64,000 nucleotides of DNA from Armatimonadota bacterium (GTDB lineage Bacteria; Armatimonadota; Fimbriimonadia; Fimbriimonadales; Fimbriimonadaceae): assembly GCA_031400935.1 (NCBI GenBank), contig JANNQV010000027.1, positions 1 to 64,000 of the forward strand, in the 5' to 3' direction. Below, piece after piece: positions 10,268-19,982 of this stretch. Both the position numbers and the translations under genes were made by a program. The notes beneath the pieces were generated by a model. It did not search any database. It worked only from the letters and a program-made list of their open reading frames with translations, and had not been told where the DNA came from. Position 1 is the stretch's first letter. The number at the start of each line of letters is the position of its first letter.

Positions 10268-10893
10268 CTACTCAAAATACACTTGCCTTGACAGTAGCTT
10301 TGACGTTGCTGATTTTTGGATGCAAGACACCCTCGAAATCAAAAGATTCAATTTCACTTAAAGATCTTTCTCCAACTTCAAAGTTGCCCGATCAAACCAA
10401 TTTGGTTTTGGCAGGCACGAAAATCCCGGTAGATCTTTCCACTCGGCAAACGGGCCAAGAATTCGCGATTGAACTTTCAGCTTTCGGCGAGATCGTGGAG
10501 CTTGAGCGTTACCGTTTGGATGAAAACTCGTTTGCGCTCGTGGAAGTGCTGGGGGAAAATTATGATCCAGCGATGCCAATTCTGCAATCGGAGATGGTGG
10601 TGAATTCACCTTGGAAATGGAAGGGTGAAATATCTGCCGCCGGGATACGGCATCGGGCAACTGCAGAGATATTTCTAACGGATGATCCCAAGGCTTTGTT
10701 TGCTCCCAATTCAAAGGTTTGGAAAGTAAAGGCAACATTGACCATTGACGCTGGCGAGCAAACGACAGCCGAACGTGTATTGACCTTTTCATTCGTTCCC
10801 GGAAGGGGCTTGGTGTCACGAGAATTTGGGCTTGCTTCGAGCCGGATTCCAATAGGATCAGATCCGCCGACAAGCAAAGAGTCTCCAAATTGA
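10264..10893 (+). CDS. Lipoprotein, divergent paralog 4 of 4
   Basis: Lipobox IFGC, WKWKGE, FVPGRGLVSR. GTGA/TTGA overlaps. Confidence 0.75.
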   Translation: MTTQNTLALTVALTLLIFGCKTPSKSKDSISLKDLSPTSKLPDQTNLVLAGTKIPVDLSTRQTGQEFAIELSAFGEIVELERYRLDENSFALVEVLGENYDPAMPILQSEMVVNSPWKWKGEISAAGIRHRATAEIFLTDDPKALFAPNSKVWKVKATLTIDAGEQTTAERVLTFSFVPGRGLVSREFGLASSRIPIGSDPPTSKESPN

Positions 10894-12041
10894 GTGCGCC
10901 ACTAACGGCAAGGTCATTGATAATTCCCGACGGAGCTCAAGGATCAAGTCGAGCCCGCTTTATTGATTGGTGGCTTTTGGTTTCAGCTGTAGTACTTCTC
11001 CTGATCGGAATGATGTCGCTCTACAGTATTGACAAGGGGGGCAATTCGGGTTTTTTTCGAAGTCAGGCAATCAAGATTTTCATAGGTCTAATTCCAGCAG
11101 CCGTGATGTTTTTGATCAATCCAAAAGTGCTGCAACGGCGCAGTTCTGTCATTTATGCTGTATCGCTTATATGTCTCTTGCTTGTCTTTCTTGCAGGAAG
11201 GAGCGCAAAAGGGGCGCAACGATGGATAGATTTTGGACCGATTGAGTTTCAGCCTAGCGAATTGGCAAAATTCTTCCTGGCGATCACGTTGGCTGCATTC
11301 TTTGCTAACAGAATCGGTGAAGCTAAGTCATTGAGAACTTACTTGCTGTCATTGGCGCATTTGGGAATTCCTCTTTTGCTTGTTTTGAAACAGCCGCATC
11401 TGGGCGGTGCGCTTTCGCTGCTAATAATTTGGCTGGGAATTTCGTTGGTAGCTGGAACGCAGCCTAAATTTTTGGTTGGAACGGTTGTAGCAACGGCCGT
11501 TGTTCTTCTCAGTGCATACAAGACGGGCATTTTGCCGCCATACCAACTTGACCGATTAGGAACGTTTTTCACGGGCGGAAATGCTGAGGATAGAGACGCT
11601 CGCTACCACCAACAGAGAGCCTTGATCAGCTTTGGGTCTGGTGGAATTTCGGGCCAAGGGTACTTAAAGGGCGAGCATAAGGGCACTGGATTCGTTCCCG
11701 AACAGCAGACCGATTACATTTCAACGGTCGTTGGCGAAGAAGGAGGGCTGATAGGATGTACGCTCCTTTTAGGAGCGTTTGGATTTTTCCTGTTTCGCGT
11801 TTGGCTGGTCATGTTTCAGGCGGTTGATCCCTTCTTGAAGTTAGTTGCCGCAGGAATTTTGTCGTATTTAGCGTTCCATACAGTAGCAAATTTAGGTATG
11901 AATTTGGAGCTTTTGCCAGTTGTGGGCTTGTGGTTGCCGTTCATGAGCTTTGGCGGCACTGCGTTGTGGCTTTGCATGGCTTCTATTGCCCTCTTACTCA
12001 ACATTCGAGGGCGCGAGCCAAGCGGTATGTTCGAAGGCTAA
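10890..12041 (+). CDS. rodA: SEDS peptidoglycan glycosyltransferase, RodA-type
   Basis: GAQRWI, FQPSELAK, QPHLG, GSGG..GQG, PEQQTDY, LPFMSFGGT. RodA is preferred over FtsW on YQLDRL and the lack of dcw context. Confidence 0.85.
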   Translation: MSAPLTARSLIIPDGAQGSSRARFIDWWLLVSAVVLLLIGMMSLYSIDKGGNSGFFRSQAIKIFIGLIPAAVMFLINPKVLQRRSSVIYAVSLICLLLVFLAGRSAKGAQRWIDFGPIEFQPSELAKFFLAITLAAFFANRIGEAKSLRTYLLSLAHLGIPLLLVLKQPHLGGALSLLIIWLGISLVAGTQPKFLVGTVVATAVVLLSAYKTGILPPYQLDRLGTFFTGGNAEDRDARYHQQRALISFGSGGISGQGYLKGEHKGTGFVPEQQTDYISTVVGEEGGLIGCTLLLGAFGFFLFRVWLVMFQAVDPFLKLVAAGILSYLAFHTVANLGMNLELLPVVGLWLPFMSFGGTALWLCMASIALLLNIRGREPSGMFEG

Positions 12042-12076
12042 GTGGCATTGTTGTTCGGCTGGTACCATTCTGATCA

Positions 12077-12424
12077 ATGCCGTTTGAAATCGAAACTTTT
12101 CCAAACCCTGCTCCCCAAAGGGACTATGTCATTACACATATCTGTCCTGAATTCACGAGCGTTTGTCCGAAAACAGGACAGCCGGATTTCGCGACAATCG
12201 AGCTCGAGTACATCCCAGACAAGCTTTGCATCGAACTCAAATCTCTAAAATTTTACTTTGTTGGATTTCGAAATGAAGGAATCTATTTTGAAGCCGTAAT
12301 CAATCGGATTCTCGATGAGTTGAGTGGAGCCACAAATCCTCGATGGATGAGGGTTACGGGCGAGTTTAACGTTCGAGGCGGGATTTCAAGTGTGATCGTA
12401 GCTGAAACGGGGAATCGAGGATAG
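12077..12424 (+). CDS. queF: NADPH-dependent 7-cyano-7-deazaguanine reductase (type I)
   Basis: [16 protein letters not shown] with the catalytic Cys, ELKSLKFY QueF motif, FNVRGGI. Confidence 0.95.
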   Translation: MPFEIETFPNPAPQRDYVITHICPEFTSVCPKTGQPDFATIELEYIPDKLCIELKSLKFYFVGFRNEGIYFEAVINRILDELSGATNPRWMRVTGEFNVRGGISSVIVAETGNRG

Positions 12425-12432
12425 GGGCAACT

Positions 12433-12550
12433 TTTTTGGGATTGCGTGGGCTTGACCGCGCTTTTCCGGAGCCAGAAGTTGAGGTTTCAGATTCAAAACG
12501 GCCTAATTGACCTAAGCAAAAGAGCGGTCAAGCCCGCGCAATCCCAAAAA
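12433..12550. repeat. REP family B inverted pair between convergent queF and lpdA
   Basis: 33-bp arms at 12433-12465 and 12518-12550 with 2 mismatches. A third copy lies at 32912-32941. Confidence 0.8.
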
Positions 12551-13969
12551 TCACATCTTATGAATCGCATGCCCCATAGCATCTTCGTAGGCTTCAAGCA
12601 TTGCCTCAGCCAAAGTCGGATGAGCATGAATAGTTTCGCACATGATTTCGAGGGTGGCTTCTAGCTTTAGCGCTGCGGCTCCGGCGGCGATCATGTCCGT
12701 GACGTGGGGGCCGGCCATGTGAACGCCGAGAACTTCGCCGTATCTCTTTTCGGCAACGATTTTCACAAATCCGTCCACTTCGCCAATCGCCATTGCCTTT
12801 CCAAAAATACGGAAATTGGCTTTGCCGATCACGACATCATGTCCTGCGGCTTCGGCTTCGCTTTGCGTTAATCCGACCGACGCGATTTCTGGAATTGTGT
12901 AGACACAGTTCGGAACAACTTTGTAGTCAAATTGCTTGTTTGCGCCCTGCATGATGTTCGAAACCGCATGAATTCCTTCGGCAGAGGCAACGTGGGCAAG
13001 CTGAATTCGCCCGCAAACGTCGCCGATTGCAAATATGTTTGGGACATGAGTTCGCAGGGAATCATCAACGAGTTCAACGCCTCGACGATGAAGCTTCACA
13101 CCAATGTTTTCGAGGTCCATTCCGTCGGTGTTCGCCTTTCTACCTACGCCGAGCAATACGACTTCGACTTCAATAATTTCCTCGTTGCCGCCCGTTTTGA
13201 CCGTGCATCTCCATCCGCCTTTCACCTTTTCGCACTTTTCAAGACTCGCTCCGGTCATCACGTTAATCCCTTGCTTTTTAAGGCCTTTTCCAAGCTCAAC
13301 ACCCAAGTCAGCGTCCATAAGCGGGATCAGCGAAGGCATCATTTCAACAATCGTGACTTTGGAGCCTAAACCGTTGAAAACATAGCCAAATTCGGTTCCA
13401 ACGGCTCCGCCGCCAAGAATGAGCATGCTCTTAGGAATGTGAGGGGCGACAACGGCGTCGTCGCTCGTCCAAATGCCATCCTTTGTGTCGCCTTCCAAGC
13501 CAGGAATTTTGAGCCGAATGACTGACGATCCCATAGCCAGAATGAAGTTTTTTGCCCTGACGGTCTCAACTTTGCCGTTTTTTTCGACTTCAATCGTGTT
13601 GGCATCTTTGAATTTGGCAAAGCCTTCGACGTGCCGAATGTTGTTCTTCTTGAAGAGCATTGCAATTCCGCCGCGCTGGGTTTGAACAATTTTGTCGCGT
13701 CGTTTTGAATAGACCTCGAAATCGAAGCCGATTTCTCCAGTAATGACAACGCCGAAATCCTTGGCGTGCTTAACATGGTTTAGCCTTTCAACGCCTGCAA
13801 TCATCGCTTTGCTGGGGATGCAGCCCCAATTCAGGCATGTGCCGCCCAGATACTCTTTTTCCACGCAAATGACCTTTGCTCCCATTTGCGCGGCTCGAAT
13901 CGCTGCAACGTAGCCTCCCGGACCTGCTCCGATCACGACGATATCAGCATCAAAGTTTTCGTTGGACAT
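12551..13969 (-). CDS. lpdA: Dihydrolipoyl dehydrogenase
   Basis: GAGPGGY, redox disulfide GGTCLNWGCIPSK, HAHPTLAE. Start may be 13969 (MSNENF) or 14059. Confidence 0.96.
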   Translation of the reverse strand: MSNENFDADIVVIGAGPGGYVAAIRAAQMGAKVICVEKEYLGGTCLNWGCIPSKAMIAGVERLNHVKHAKDFGVVITGEIGFDFEVYSKRRDKIVQTQRGGIAMLFKKNNIRHVEGFAKFKDANTIEVEKNGKVETVRAKNFILAMGSSVIRLKIPGLEGDTKDGIWTSDDAVVAPHIPKSMLILGGGAVGTEFGYVFNGLGSKVTIVEMMPSLIPLMDADLGVELGKGLKKQGINVMTGASLEKCEKVKGGWRCTVKTGGNEEIIEVEVVLLGVGRKANTDGMDLENIGVKLHRRGVELVDDSLRTHVPNIFAIGDVCGRIQLAHVASAEGIHAVSNIMQGANKQFDYKVVPNCVYTIPEIASVGLTQSEAEAAGHDVVIGKANFRIFGKAMAIGEVDGFVKIVAEKRYGEVLGVHMAGPHVTDMIAAGAAALKLEATLEIMCETIHAHPTLAEAMLEAYEDAMGHAIHKM

Positions 13970-14148
13970 AGTTTGTTCCTGGGGATCAAGCTGAATCTGA
14001 GAAATAATCGCTGCCGAGTGCGCTTCCGTAGCTTTTGGCTTCGGTTTGGACTTTGTCATTTTCGACCTGCTAGCTCGCTGTTTCAGATTCTCTTTCGAGC
14101 CAAAGTTTACCTTTCACGCGCCGCTTTCGAATGAGACAGAATGGGAGC

Positions 14149-14850
14149 ATGGCAGATACGAAAGCGATTGGACTGATCGGTGGGCTGACGTGGATTTCAA
14201 CAGTTGATTACTACTCGACACTTTGCAAAAGGGCCAATGAAAGGGTCGGCGACCGATTCGTTCCACGAATGTATATGTCTTCGATCAACTTACAGGAATT
14301 CGTAGACAATGTGAATGCCGAGAACCATGAAGCCAATGTTGCGCTTTTTATTGGCGAAGCCAGAAAACTGGAGGCTGTAGGAGCTGAATGCCTTGCAATG
14401 TGCTCAAATACACCACATTTGTACGCAGACGAAGTGGCAGCAGTGATCAGTATTCCGCTCATTAACATCGCAGACGCTGCTGCACGGGCAATTGCAAAAC
14501 AGGGAATCAAGCGCGTTGCACTTACCGGAACGCGCTATACCATGGCTGCGAAATTCTATAGGGAAAAACTATCGGAGCATGGCATCGAACTCATTGCCCT
14601 AGAAGAAGCCGACTTTGAATGGGTGGCGGAGACGATTGTCGAAGAGTTGACGCGCGACATTTTTCTCGAACCGACTAAGCAAGGCTATTTGCGGCTGTTC
14701 GATCGTCTTGGAAGTGTTGGGGTGGAAGGAGTGATACTAGGCTGTACCGAAATTCCTATCTTGCTCAAGGATTGCAAATCGCCGATCCCAATGTTCGACA
14801 CACTTCAGATTCATTGCGACGAGATTCTTCGGTTTGTTTTTGAAGGTTAG
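14149..14850 (+). CDS. Aspartate/glutamate racemase family protein
   Basis: IGLIGGL.W.ST, CSNTPH, ILGCTEIP. Start set by CAGAAT-6nt-ATG. Confidence 0.9.
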   Translation: MADTKAIGLIGGLTWISTVDYYSTLCKRANERVGDRFVPRMYMSSINLQEFVDNVNAENHEANVALFIGEARKLEAVGAECLAMCSNTPHLYADEVAAVISIPLINIADAAARAIAKQGIKRVALTGTRYTMAAKFYREKLSEHGIELIALEEADFEWVAETIVEELTRDIFLEPTKQGYLRLFDRLGSVGVEGVILGCTEIPILLKDCKSPIPMFDTLQIHCDEILRFVFEG

Positions 14851-15593
14851 GCCGTAACACCCATCGAACGGAAGTACTCGCAGCTTTCCCGAACTACTTG
14901 AAGGGGAGAATAGGGAGAATTGTCCAGTTCAATGACCCCAAATTCGACGCCAATCTCGTTGCAAGCATCGAGAATACTCCGCCAGTCTAGTATGCCTTTG
15001 CCAGCCGCAGCATGGACGTCGGAATCAATGGCTGTTCCGTCTTTTAGGTGCACCAGTTTCGTTCGGCTGGCATGGCGCCTAAGCAGATCAGCAGGATCTT
15101 CACCGCCGACGAATGCCCACCATACGTCTGTCTCGGCTCCTACATGAGGACTTGCAGAGTCAAAAAACGTGTCGAATCCGGTTCTTCCGTCAGCTTGCTT
15201 TGCAAATTCGAAAGCATGGTTATGGTACGAAAACTGTCTTCCTGCTTCATGAATTGATTCGGCGATGGATGCGACACGATCTGCAAATCTGTCCCAGCCG
15301 TCGGAATAGTCTTGATCCGAAATCCAAGGCAGAATTAGATGCGGACAGTCAAGCGCGGCCGCTTCTTCCAGAAGTCCTGCGAGGTTCGATTCCAAGTCAG
15401 CGAGTCCAACGTGCATTCCGCTGGCTTTGATTCCGTATTCCGCCAATTTCGCACCAAATGCACGAGCCGTCATGCCGTAATATCCTGCCAGTTCGGCGTA
15501 TTTAAGTCCCATGTCTTCGAGTTCCGACAAAGTGGCATCAATATCAGATTCAAATTCGTTGCGAATGGTGAAGCATTGGACGGAAAGGAGCAT
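14847..15593 (-). CDS. Sugar phosphate isomerase/epimerase (xylose isomerase-like TIM barrel)
   Basis: YHNHAFEF, ETDVWW, VHLKD, G.GILDW, IELD. Confidence 0.88.
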   Translation of the reverse strand: MLLSVQCFTIRNEFESDIDATLSELEDMGLKYAELAGYYGMTARAFGAKLAEYGIKASGMHVGLADLESNLAGLLEEAAALDCPHLILPWISDQDYSDGWDRFADRVASIAESIHEAGRQFSYHNHAFEFAKQADGRTGFDTFFDSASPHVGAETDVWWAFVGGEDPADLLRRHASRTKLVHLKDGTAIDSDVHAAAGKGILDWRSILDACNEIGVEFGVIELDNSPYSPLQVVRESCEYFRSMGVTA

Positions 15594-15612
15594 GGGATAT
15601 TATGGGAGGTCA

Positions 15613-15672
15613 TCGGGTGAATTGGGTGAATCGGGTGAATGGGTCCTTGGGTCCCCAATGTCCCTTTTGTTC
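15613..15672. repeat. 9-bp-period short tandem repeats between divergent promoters
   Basis: tcgggtgaa/ttgggtgaa/tcgggtgaa followed by periodic gtcc(c) units. Confidence 0.6.
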
Positions 15673-15725
15673 CATACAACGAAATATCCCAAGTCCACGT
15701 TTCCCCAATAGTCCCATAATCTAAC

Positions 15726-17429
15726 ATGCCCATCGGGCGATTTCTTCTCTGCCTTCACTCGCACATGCCGTACGTTCTTTCGCACGGCAAATCTCCTCAC
15801 GGCACAGATTGGCTAATGGAATCAGCGGCGGAATGCTATCTGCCAATCCTCGACGTGCTCACGCGGCTCGAAAAGCAGGGAATTCATCCGCGATGGACGA
15901 TCAACGTCACGCCCATTCTTGCAGAACAGCTTGCCGATCCCAGCTTTGCCGACGAATTTGAAACGTATTGCAAGGAAAAGATTGAGTGGGCAAAGAAGGA
16001 CCTAGAGAAGTTTCAACGGGAGGGCCCCGGCTGGATGATCGGCGTGGCGGCGATGTGGAGCCGAGTATTTTCTCGCGCTCTCGACCAATTTCAGATTCGT
16101 TGGAATCGTCAGATTCTTTCCGGTTTTCGCCATTTTCAGGATATCGGAAGCATTGAAATCATCACCTGCTGCGCAACCCACGGTTATTTGCCGTTGCTCG
16201 GCACTGATGAGTCATGCCAAGCTCAAGTTACTCTTGGAGTTGAGACGTTCAAGCGGCACTTTGGTAGGCAGCCCAGAGGGATTTGGCTCCCCGAATGTGC
16301 GTATCGGCCACCCTATATGTGGAAATCGCCGATTGGAGAAAACGAAGTATCTTGGCCGAGAAAGGGCGTTGAAGATTTCCTTCGGGAAAGTGGAGTCGAG
16401 TACTTCTTCGTGGATTCGCACATGGTTAGGGGCGGCGAACCGCTTGGGACATATCAAGAAAAATTTCCTCAGCTTGCTGAAATGTTTGCCAGAAGCTCGA
16501 AGTTCTTTTCGCCCCCCCCAGAACAGCGAAGCGAGTACGAATCCTACGTATTGCCTGAAGGCAGGGTCGTTTTCGCAAGAGACCCTCAAACGACCGTAAA
16601 AGTGTGGTCGGGCGAGCATGGCTATCCAGGCGATCCGCATTATCTAGAATTTCACAAGCAACTCTATCCTGGAAGGTTACGGTACTGGCGCATTAGCGAA
16701 GACAAACGAGATTTAGGTGCCAAAAGACCATACGAACCTTGGCGAGCGTTCGAAAACGTGGGAAATCACGCTGAGGACATGGTTGTGACCATAAAGGCAG
16801 CACTCGCAGAATATCGCGGCCAATCAGATCGGGAAGGAACCGTTGTGGCGATGTACGATACCGAGCTGTTTGGCCATTGGTGGTGGGAAGGTCCCGAATT
16901 TCTATACGAATTGGCCGTTCGGCTTCACCACGATCCCGATATTGAGTCTCTTTCCGGAGGCGATTCCGTAGATCGGGACCCGCCGGAGCATACAATTACC
17001 ATGCCCGAAGGCTCTTGGGGCGAGGGCGGCTACCACTATGTTTGGCTGAATGAAGACAACATTTGGACCTGGGAAGCGCTATATCCTGCTCAGCGCCAAA
17101 TGAGAAAAATGGCAAGGGAAATGGCGAACGGTCCAGCAAAGGCGATTATCGAACAAGCCGCCCGGGAACTCTTACTTGCTGAATCTTCGGATTGGCAATT
17201 TCTGATTTCCACGTTTTCCGCAAAGGATTACGCAGAAATCCGGTTCCAAGATCACATAGATCGCTTCAATCGGCTTGCCGAATTGGCGGAGCGAGTTCAT
17301 GGCGGAGGCGAAATGACGCCAAGCGATGAAGAGTATTTGTTGGATTGCCAAACCAAGGATGCGGCGTTTCCTGTGATTGATCTTTCCCTATGGGCTGGGC
17401 TCAAAAATCCGCTTAATGGAACTTCATAA
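15726..17429 (+). CDS. GH57 1,4-alpha-glucan branching enzyme (DUF1957-containing)
   Basis: LHSHMPYV, ATHGYLP, nucleophile WLPECAY, acid/base YDTELFGHWW, ESSDWQF. Confidence 0.92.
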   Translation: MPIGRFLLCLHSHMPYVLSHGKSPHGTDWLMESAAECYLPILDVLTRLEKQGIHPRWTINVTPILAEQLADPSFADEFETYCKEKIEWAKKDLEKFQREGPGWMIGVAAMWSRVFSRALDQFQIRWNRQILSGFRHFQDIGSIEIITCCATHGYLPLLGTDESCQAQVTLGVETFKRHFGRQPRGIWLPECAYRPPYMWKSPIGENEVSWPRKGVEDFLRESGVEYFFVDSHMVRGGEPLGTYQEKFPQLAEMFARSSKFFSPPPEQRSEYESYVLPEGRVVFARDPQTTVKVWSGEHGYPGDPHYLEFHKQLYPGRLRYWRISEDKRDLGAKRPYEPWRAFENVGNHAEDMVVTIKAALAEYRGQSDREGTVVAMYDTELFGHWWWEGPEFLYELAVRLHHDPDIESLSGGDSVDRDPPEHTITMPEGSWGEGGYHYVWLNEDNIWTWEALYPAQRQMRKMAREMANGPAKAIIEQAARELLLAESSDWQFLISTFSAKDYAEIRFQDHIDRFNRLAELAERVHGGGEMTPSDEEYLLDCQTKDAAFPVIDLSLWAGLKNPLNGTS

Positions 17430-17453
17430 CGATCCGCAATGTAAACTGTTACC

Positions 17454-18425
17454 ATGAAGATAGTATTTGGTGGAATTGCCGTTTTGGTACTTGCGGGATG
17501 TAATTCAGCGCCGAAATCTGTTGTGGAAAATTCGATTTCGACTTCTGAACCGATAGCCTCTGGTTCGTCTCCATCTTCGGGAGATGCGAATTCCAGTCCT
17601 TCTATGTCTGACCTGACAGATCCTGTGCCAAACAGCAGTTCAATTCCAGAAAAGCCGCCAGTTCCTGATGCTCAACCAGTTCAAAAGCCAGGCCAGAGCG
17701 GCTGGTCTAAATCCAAGCTGAAACTTGCGGATGTGGGCAAAAAAATTGGCGCAAGTTTGGCAAACCTCAAAGGAGCCGAGTGCCGAGCGCGGGTGTTGGC
17801 GACTACTTCAGAAGTGAGAGGGACGACGTTTCTCGTCTATTTGGTTGATTCACCAAATCTCTACCGATTGGAATATGTAGATCCTAGCGGTCAACCTAAA
17901 AAGATTGTAATCCTAGCTGACGGCAAGTCAAAAAGAGAAATGACTCCAAATGGCCTCTCTTCTGTAATGCCTGTAGCCAAACCGATGATGACACTTGCCA
18001 CATTGAGTGATCCAAACCGATTTGCCAAGGAGTTTTCACGTTCCTTGATCGCGGGGGTTGTAGATAGGTCAGACGCTTGGGGCGAGCTAGTGACAAACCT
18101 ATTGAAGCCAAATAGCGGATTCACGGCATCTATCGAAGAGCGCCATACGAGTTTTGATAACAAGCCGTCAGTTAATTATCGAATTTGGGCAAAGCGTACG
18201 CCTGAAGCTGCAAAAAGGTTAGGTGCTGCTGAGTTCGAAATCGTCCTGGACCCGAAACGGTGGGTGCCAGTCACAATTCGAACTGAATCCATAGATTTGA
18301 AGGGCAAGAAATGGAGTTACGATTGGACCGCTGGTTGGAAGTTCAATCAAAATATAGACAAGTCGTTGTTCTCCTTCAAGGCTCCTCCAGACTTAACTGT
18401 TCCTGTAGCCCGTCCAACACTATAA
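17454..18425 (+). CDS. Lipoprotein with Ser/Pro linker and LolA-like beta domain
   Basis: Lipobox LAGC, low-complexity linker, ILADGK, LDPKRWVPV, IDKSLF. Confidence 0.6.
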   Translation: MKIVFGGIAVLVLAGCNSAPKSVVENSISTSEPIASGSSPSSGDANSSPSMSDLTDPVPNSSSIPEKPPVPDAQPVQKPGQSGWSKSKLKLADVGKKIGASLANLKGAECRARVLATTSEVRGTTFLVYLVDSPNLYRLEYVDPSGQPKKIVILADGKSKREMTPNGLSSVMPVAKPMMTLATLSDPNRFAKEFSRSLIAGVVDRSDAWGELVTNLLKPNSGFTASIEERHTSFDNKPSVNYRIWAKRTPEAAKRLGAAEFEIVLDPKRWVPVTIRTESIDLKGKKWSYDWTAGWKFNQNIDKSLFSFKAPPDLTVPVARPTL

Positions 18426-18459
18426 GATTCAAATTTTTGTAGTGGTTGGCTGGGACATT

Positions 18460-19311
18460 CTAAGTCAGAAGAGTCCTTTGCCGTTCTTCATCAAGTTTTT
18501 CCCAAGAAATAGGATACAGGTGCACAGGATCATTCATTACAGCCTGCCCTAAACGACTGAGAGCGAAACTCGGAACCGTGCCGATCAATGGGTAACCGCC
18601 AATCGTTGGGCCATCGGGACCAATGACGATTAATTCGCCGGAAGGCGTCCATTGAACTGCGCCCGCACAAATCGGCTGGCTGTTTTGCCGACCATTGTGT
18701 GTTGGCACATTTCCGAAAAGGCGAATCCCTCGCCTATCCGAATGGTGTGAAACGACCAAGTTTTCGACAATATCGAAGTCAAAATCAGAAAATCCGTTCG
18801 GAACAATTGGGATTCGGAATGGCGTTTCGAAGTCCCAAATCAAATTCGGAAGTTCTGGTTCAACGATTGCAATCTTTGAAGCGGACTGAAAAACGTCGCC
18901 TGGTTCAACGTGTGTGCCGCAAACACTTCCCAACATCTTCGAGGCTTCAAATCCGCCTTCCATAGCCAGGTAAAGCCTTGCTCCCTTTCGAAAACTGCTA
19001 ATTTCAATTCGGCTGCCACCTTCAAGTTGGAAAACGTTTTGATTTTCGGGAATCAGATTTCCGTCAATCCTAACATCGGTTAACGCCCCAAAAACGGCAA
19101 TCCAGCAGCTTGAAACGGCTTCAAATTCGGCTCCGGGAGCATGAAGTTCCAAAACAGAGGAACACGAGTCATTTCCAAGTGCAAAATTGCTCGCCTCAGC
19201 GGAATGCTGATCAAATGGCCCTGCTTCGGGAACTCCATAGTGCCGAAATCCGAACCTGCCTCGATCTTGAAGGGTCGCATTTTTGGCGATTTTCAAAACA
19301 CGTAGGCTCAC
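18460..19311 (-). CDS. pxpC: 5-oxoprolinase subunit C (KipA/AHS2)
   Basis: TLQDRGRFG, GARLYLA, SDRRGIRL, DGPTIGGYP. GTG at 19311 overlaps the pxpA stop. Confidence 0.88.
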   Translation of the reverse strand: MSLRVLKIAKNATLQDRGRFGFRHYGVPEAGPFDQHSAEASNFALGNDSCSSVLELHAPGAEFEAVSSCWIAVFGALTDVRIDGNLIPENQNVFQLEGGSRIEISSFRKGARLYLAMEGGFEASKMLGSVCGTHVEPGDVFQSASKIAIVEPELPNLIWDFETPFRIPIVPNGFSDFDFDIVENLVVSHHSDRRGIRLFGNVPTHNGRQNSQPICAGAVQWTPSGELIVIGPDGPTIGGYPLIGTVPSFALSRLGQAVMNDPVHLYPISWEKLDEERQRTLLT

Positions 19312-19982
19312 GCACCTACCTCGTAGCCCGACTCCAGCAAGACGCGAACGACTTCGGACAGATGCACAAGGCAACCAACATTATCTCCATGAATGCAAAT
19401 GCTATCAACCGTCTTGGCGAGTTCCAAAGCTTGCAATGCAATTTCTCGGGAATCAGACAACACGGCTCTTTCAACCGATCTAGACATCAACTTGCCTTTT
19501 GAATCAACCCTTCGATCTGCAAAACCTTCGACAATGAACATTGAGGAAGCCGATTCATGCGCCGTCCTTGGAAAACCGAGTAGTGGAAGCTGATAAGTTG
19601 TGCAAAGCTCTTGCAGGACCGCGAATGAAGGGTGTTCAAGGCTCTGCGAGTCACCATAGAAGGCTCCATGCGGCTTCAGGTAAGCAGCGGGAACAAAGTT
19701 AAAAAATTGTTCGACTTGGCGTCTAATGGAATCGAAAGCTTCAGCATTTTCGGAAGGATCAATGGATCTTCTGCCCATTGAGAGTCGGTCTGGATAGCCC
19801 GGATGAATTCCAATCCGCACTCCTGCATCCATTGCCTTTCCGATTGTATTTTGGGTGAGTTCCCAAGAACCCGCATACGATCCGCAGCAGATATTTGCCG
19901 AACTCGCATAAACGAGCAGTTGCTCGTCAAATTCGAACCCTTCGCCGATGTCAATATTCAAATCTATTTGAATGGATTTCAT
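19308..19982 (-). CDS. pxpA: 5-oxoprolinase subunit A (LamB/YcsF)
   Basis: IDLNIDIGE, SANICCG, HPGYPD, KPHGAFY, EGFADR, ICIHGD. Confidence 0.92.
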   Translation of the reverse strand: MKSIQIDLNIDIGEGFEFDEQLLVYASSANICCGSYAGSWELTQNTIGKAMDAGVRIGIHPGYPDRLSMGRRSIDPSENAEAFDSIRRQVEQFFNFVPAAYLKPHGAFYGDSQSLEHPSFAVLQELCTTYQLPLLGFPRTAHESASSMFIVEGFADRRVDSKGKLMSRSVERAVLSDSREIALQALELAKTVDSICIHGDNVGCLVHLSEVVRVLLESGYEVGA

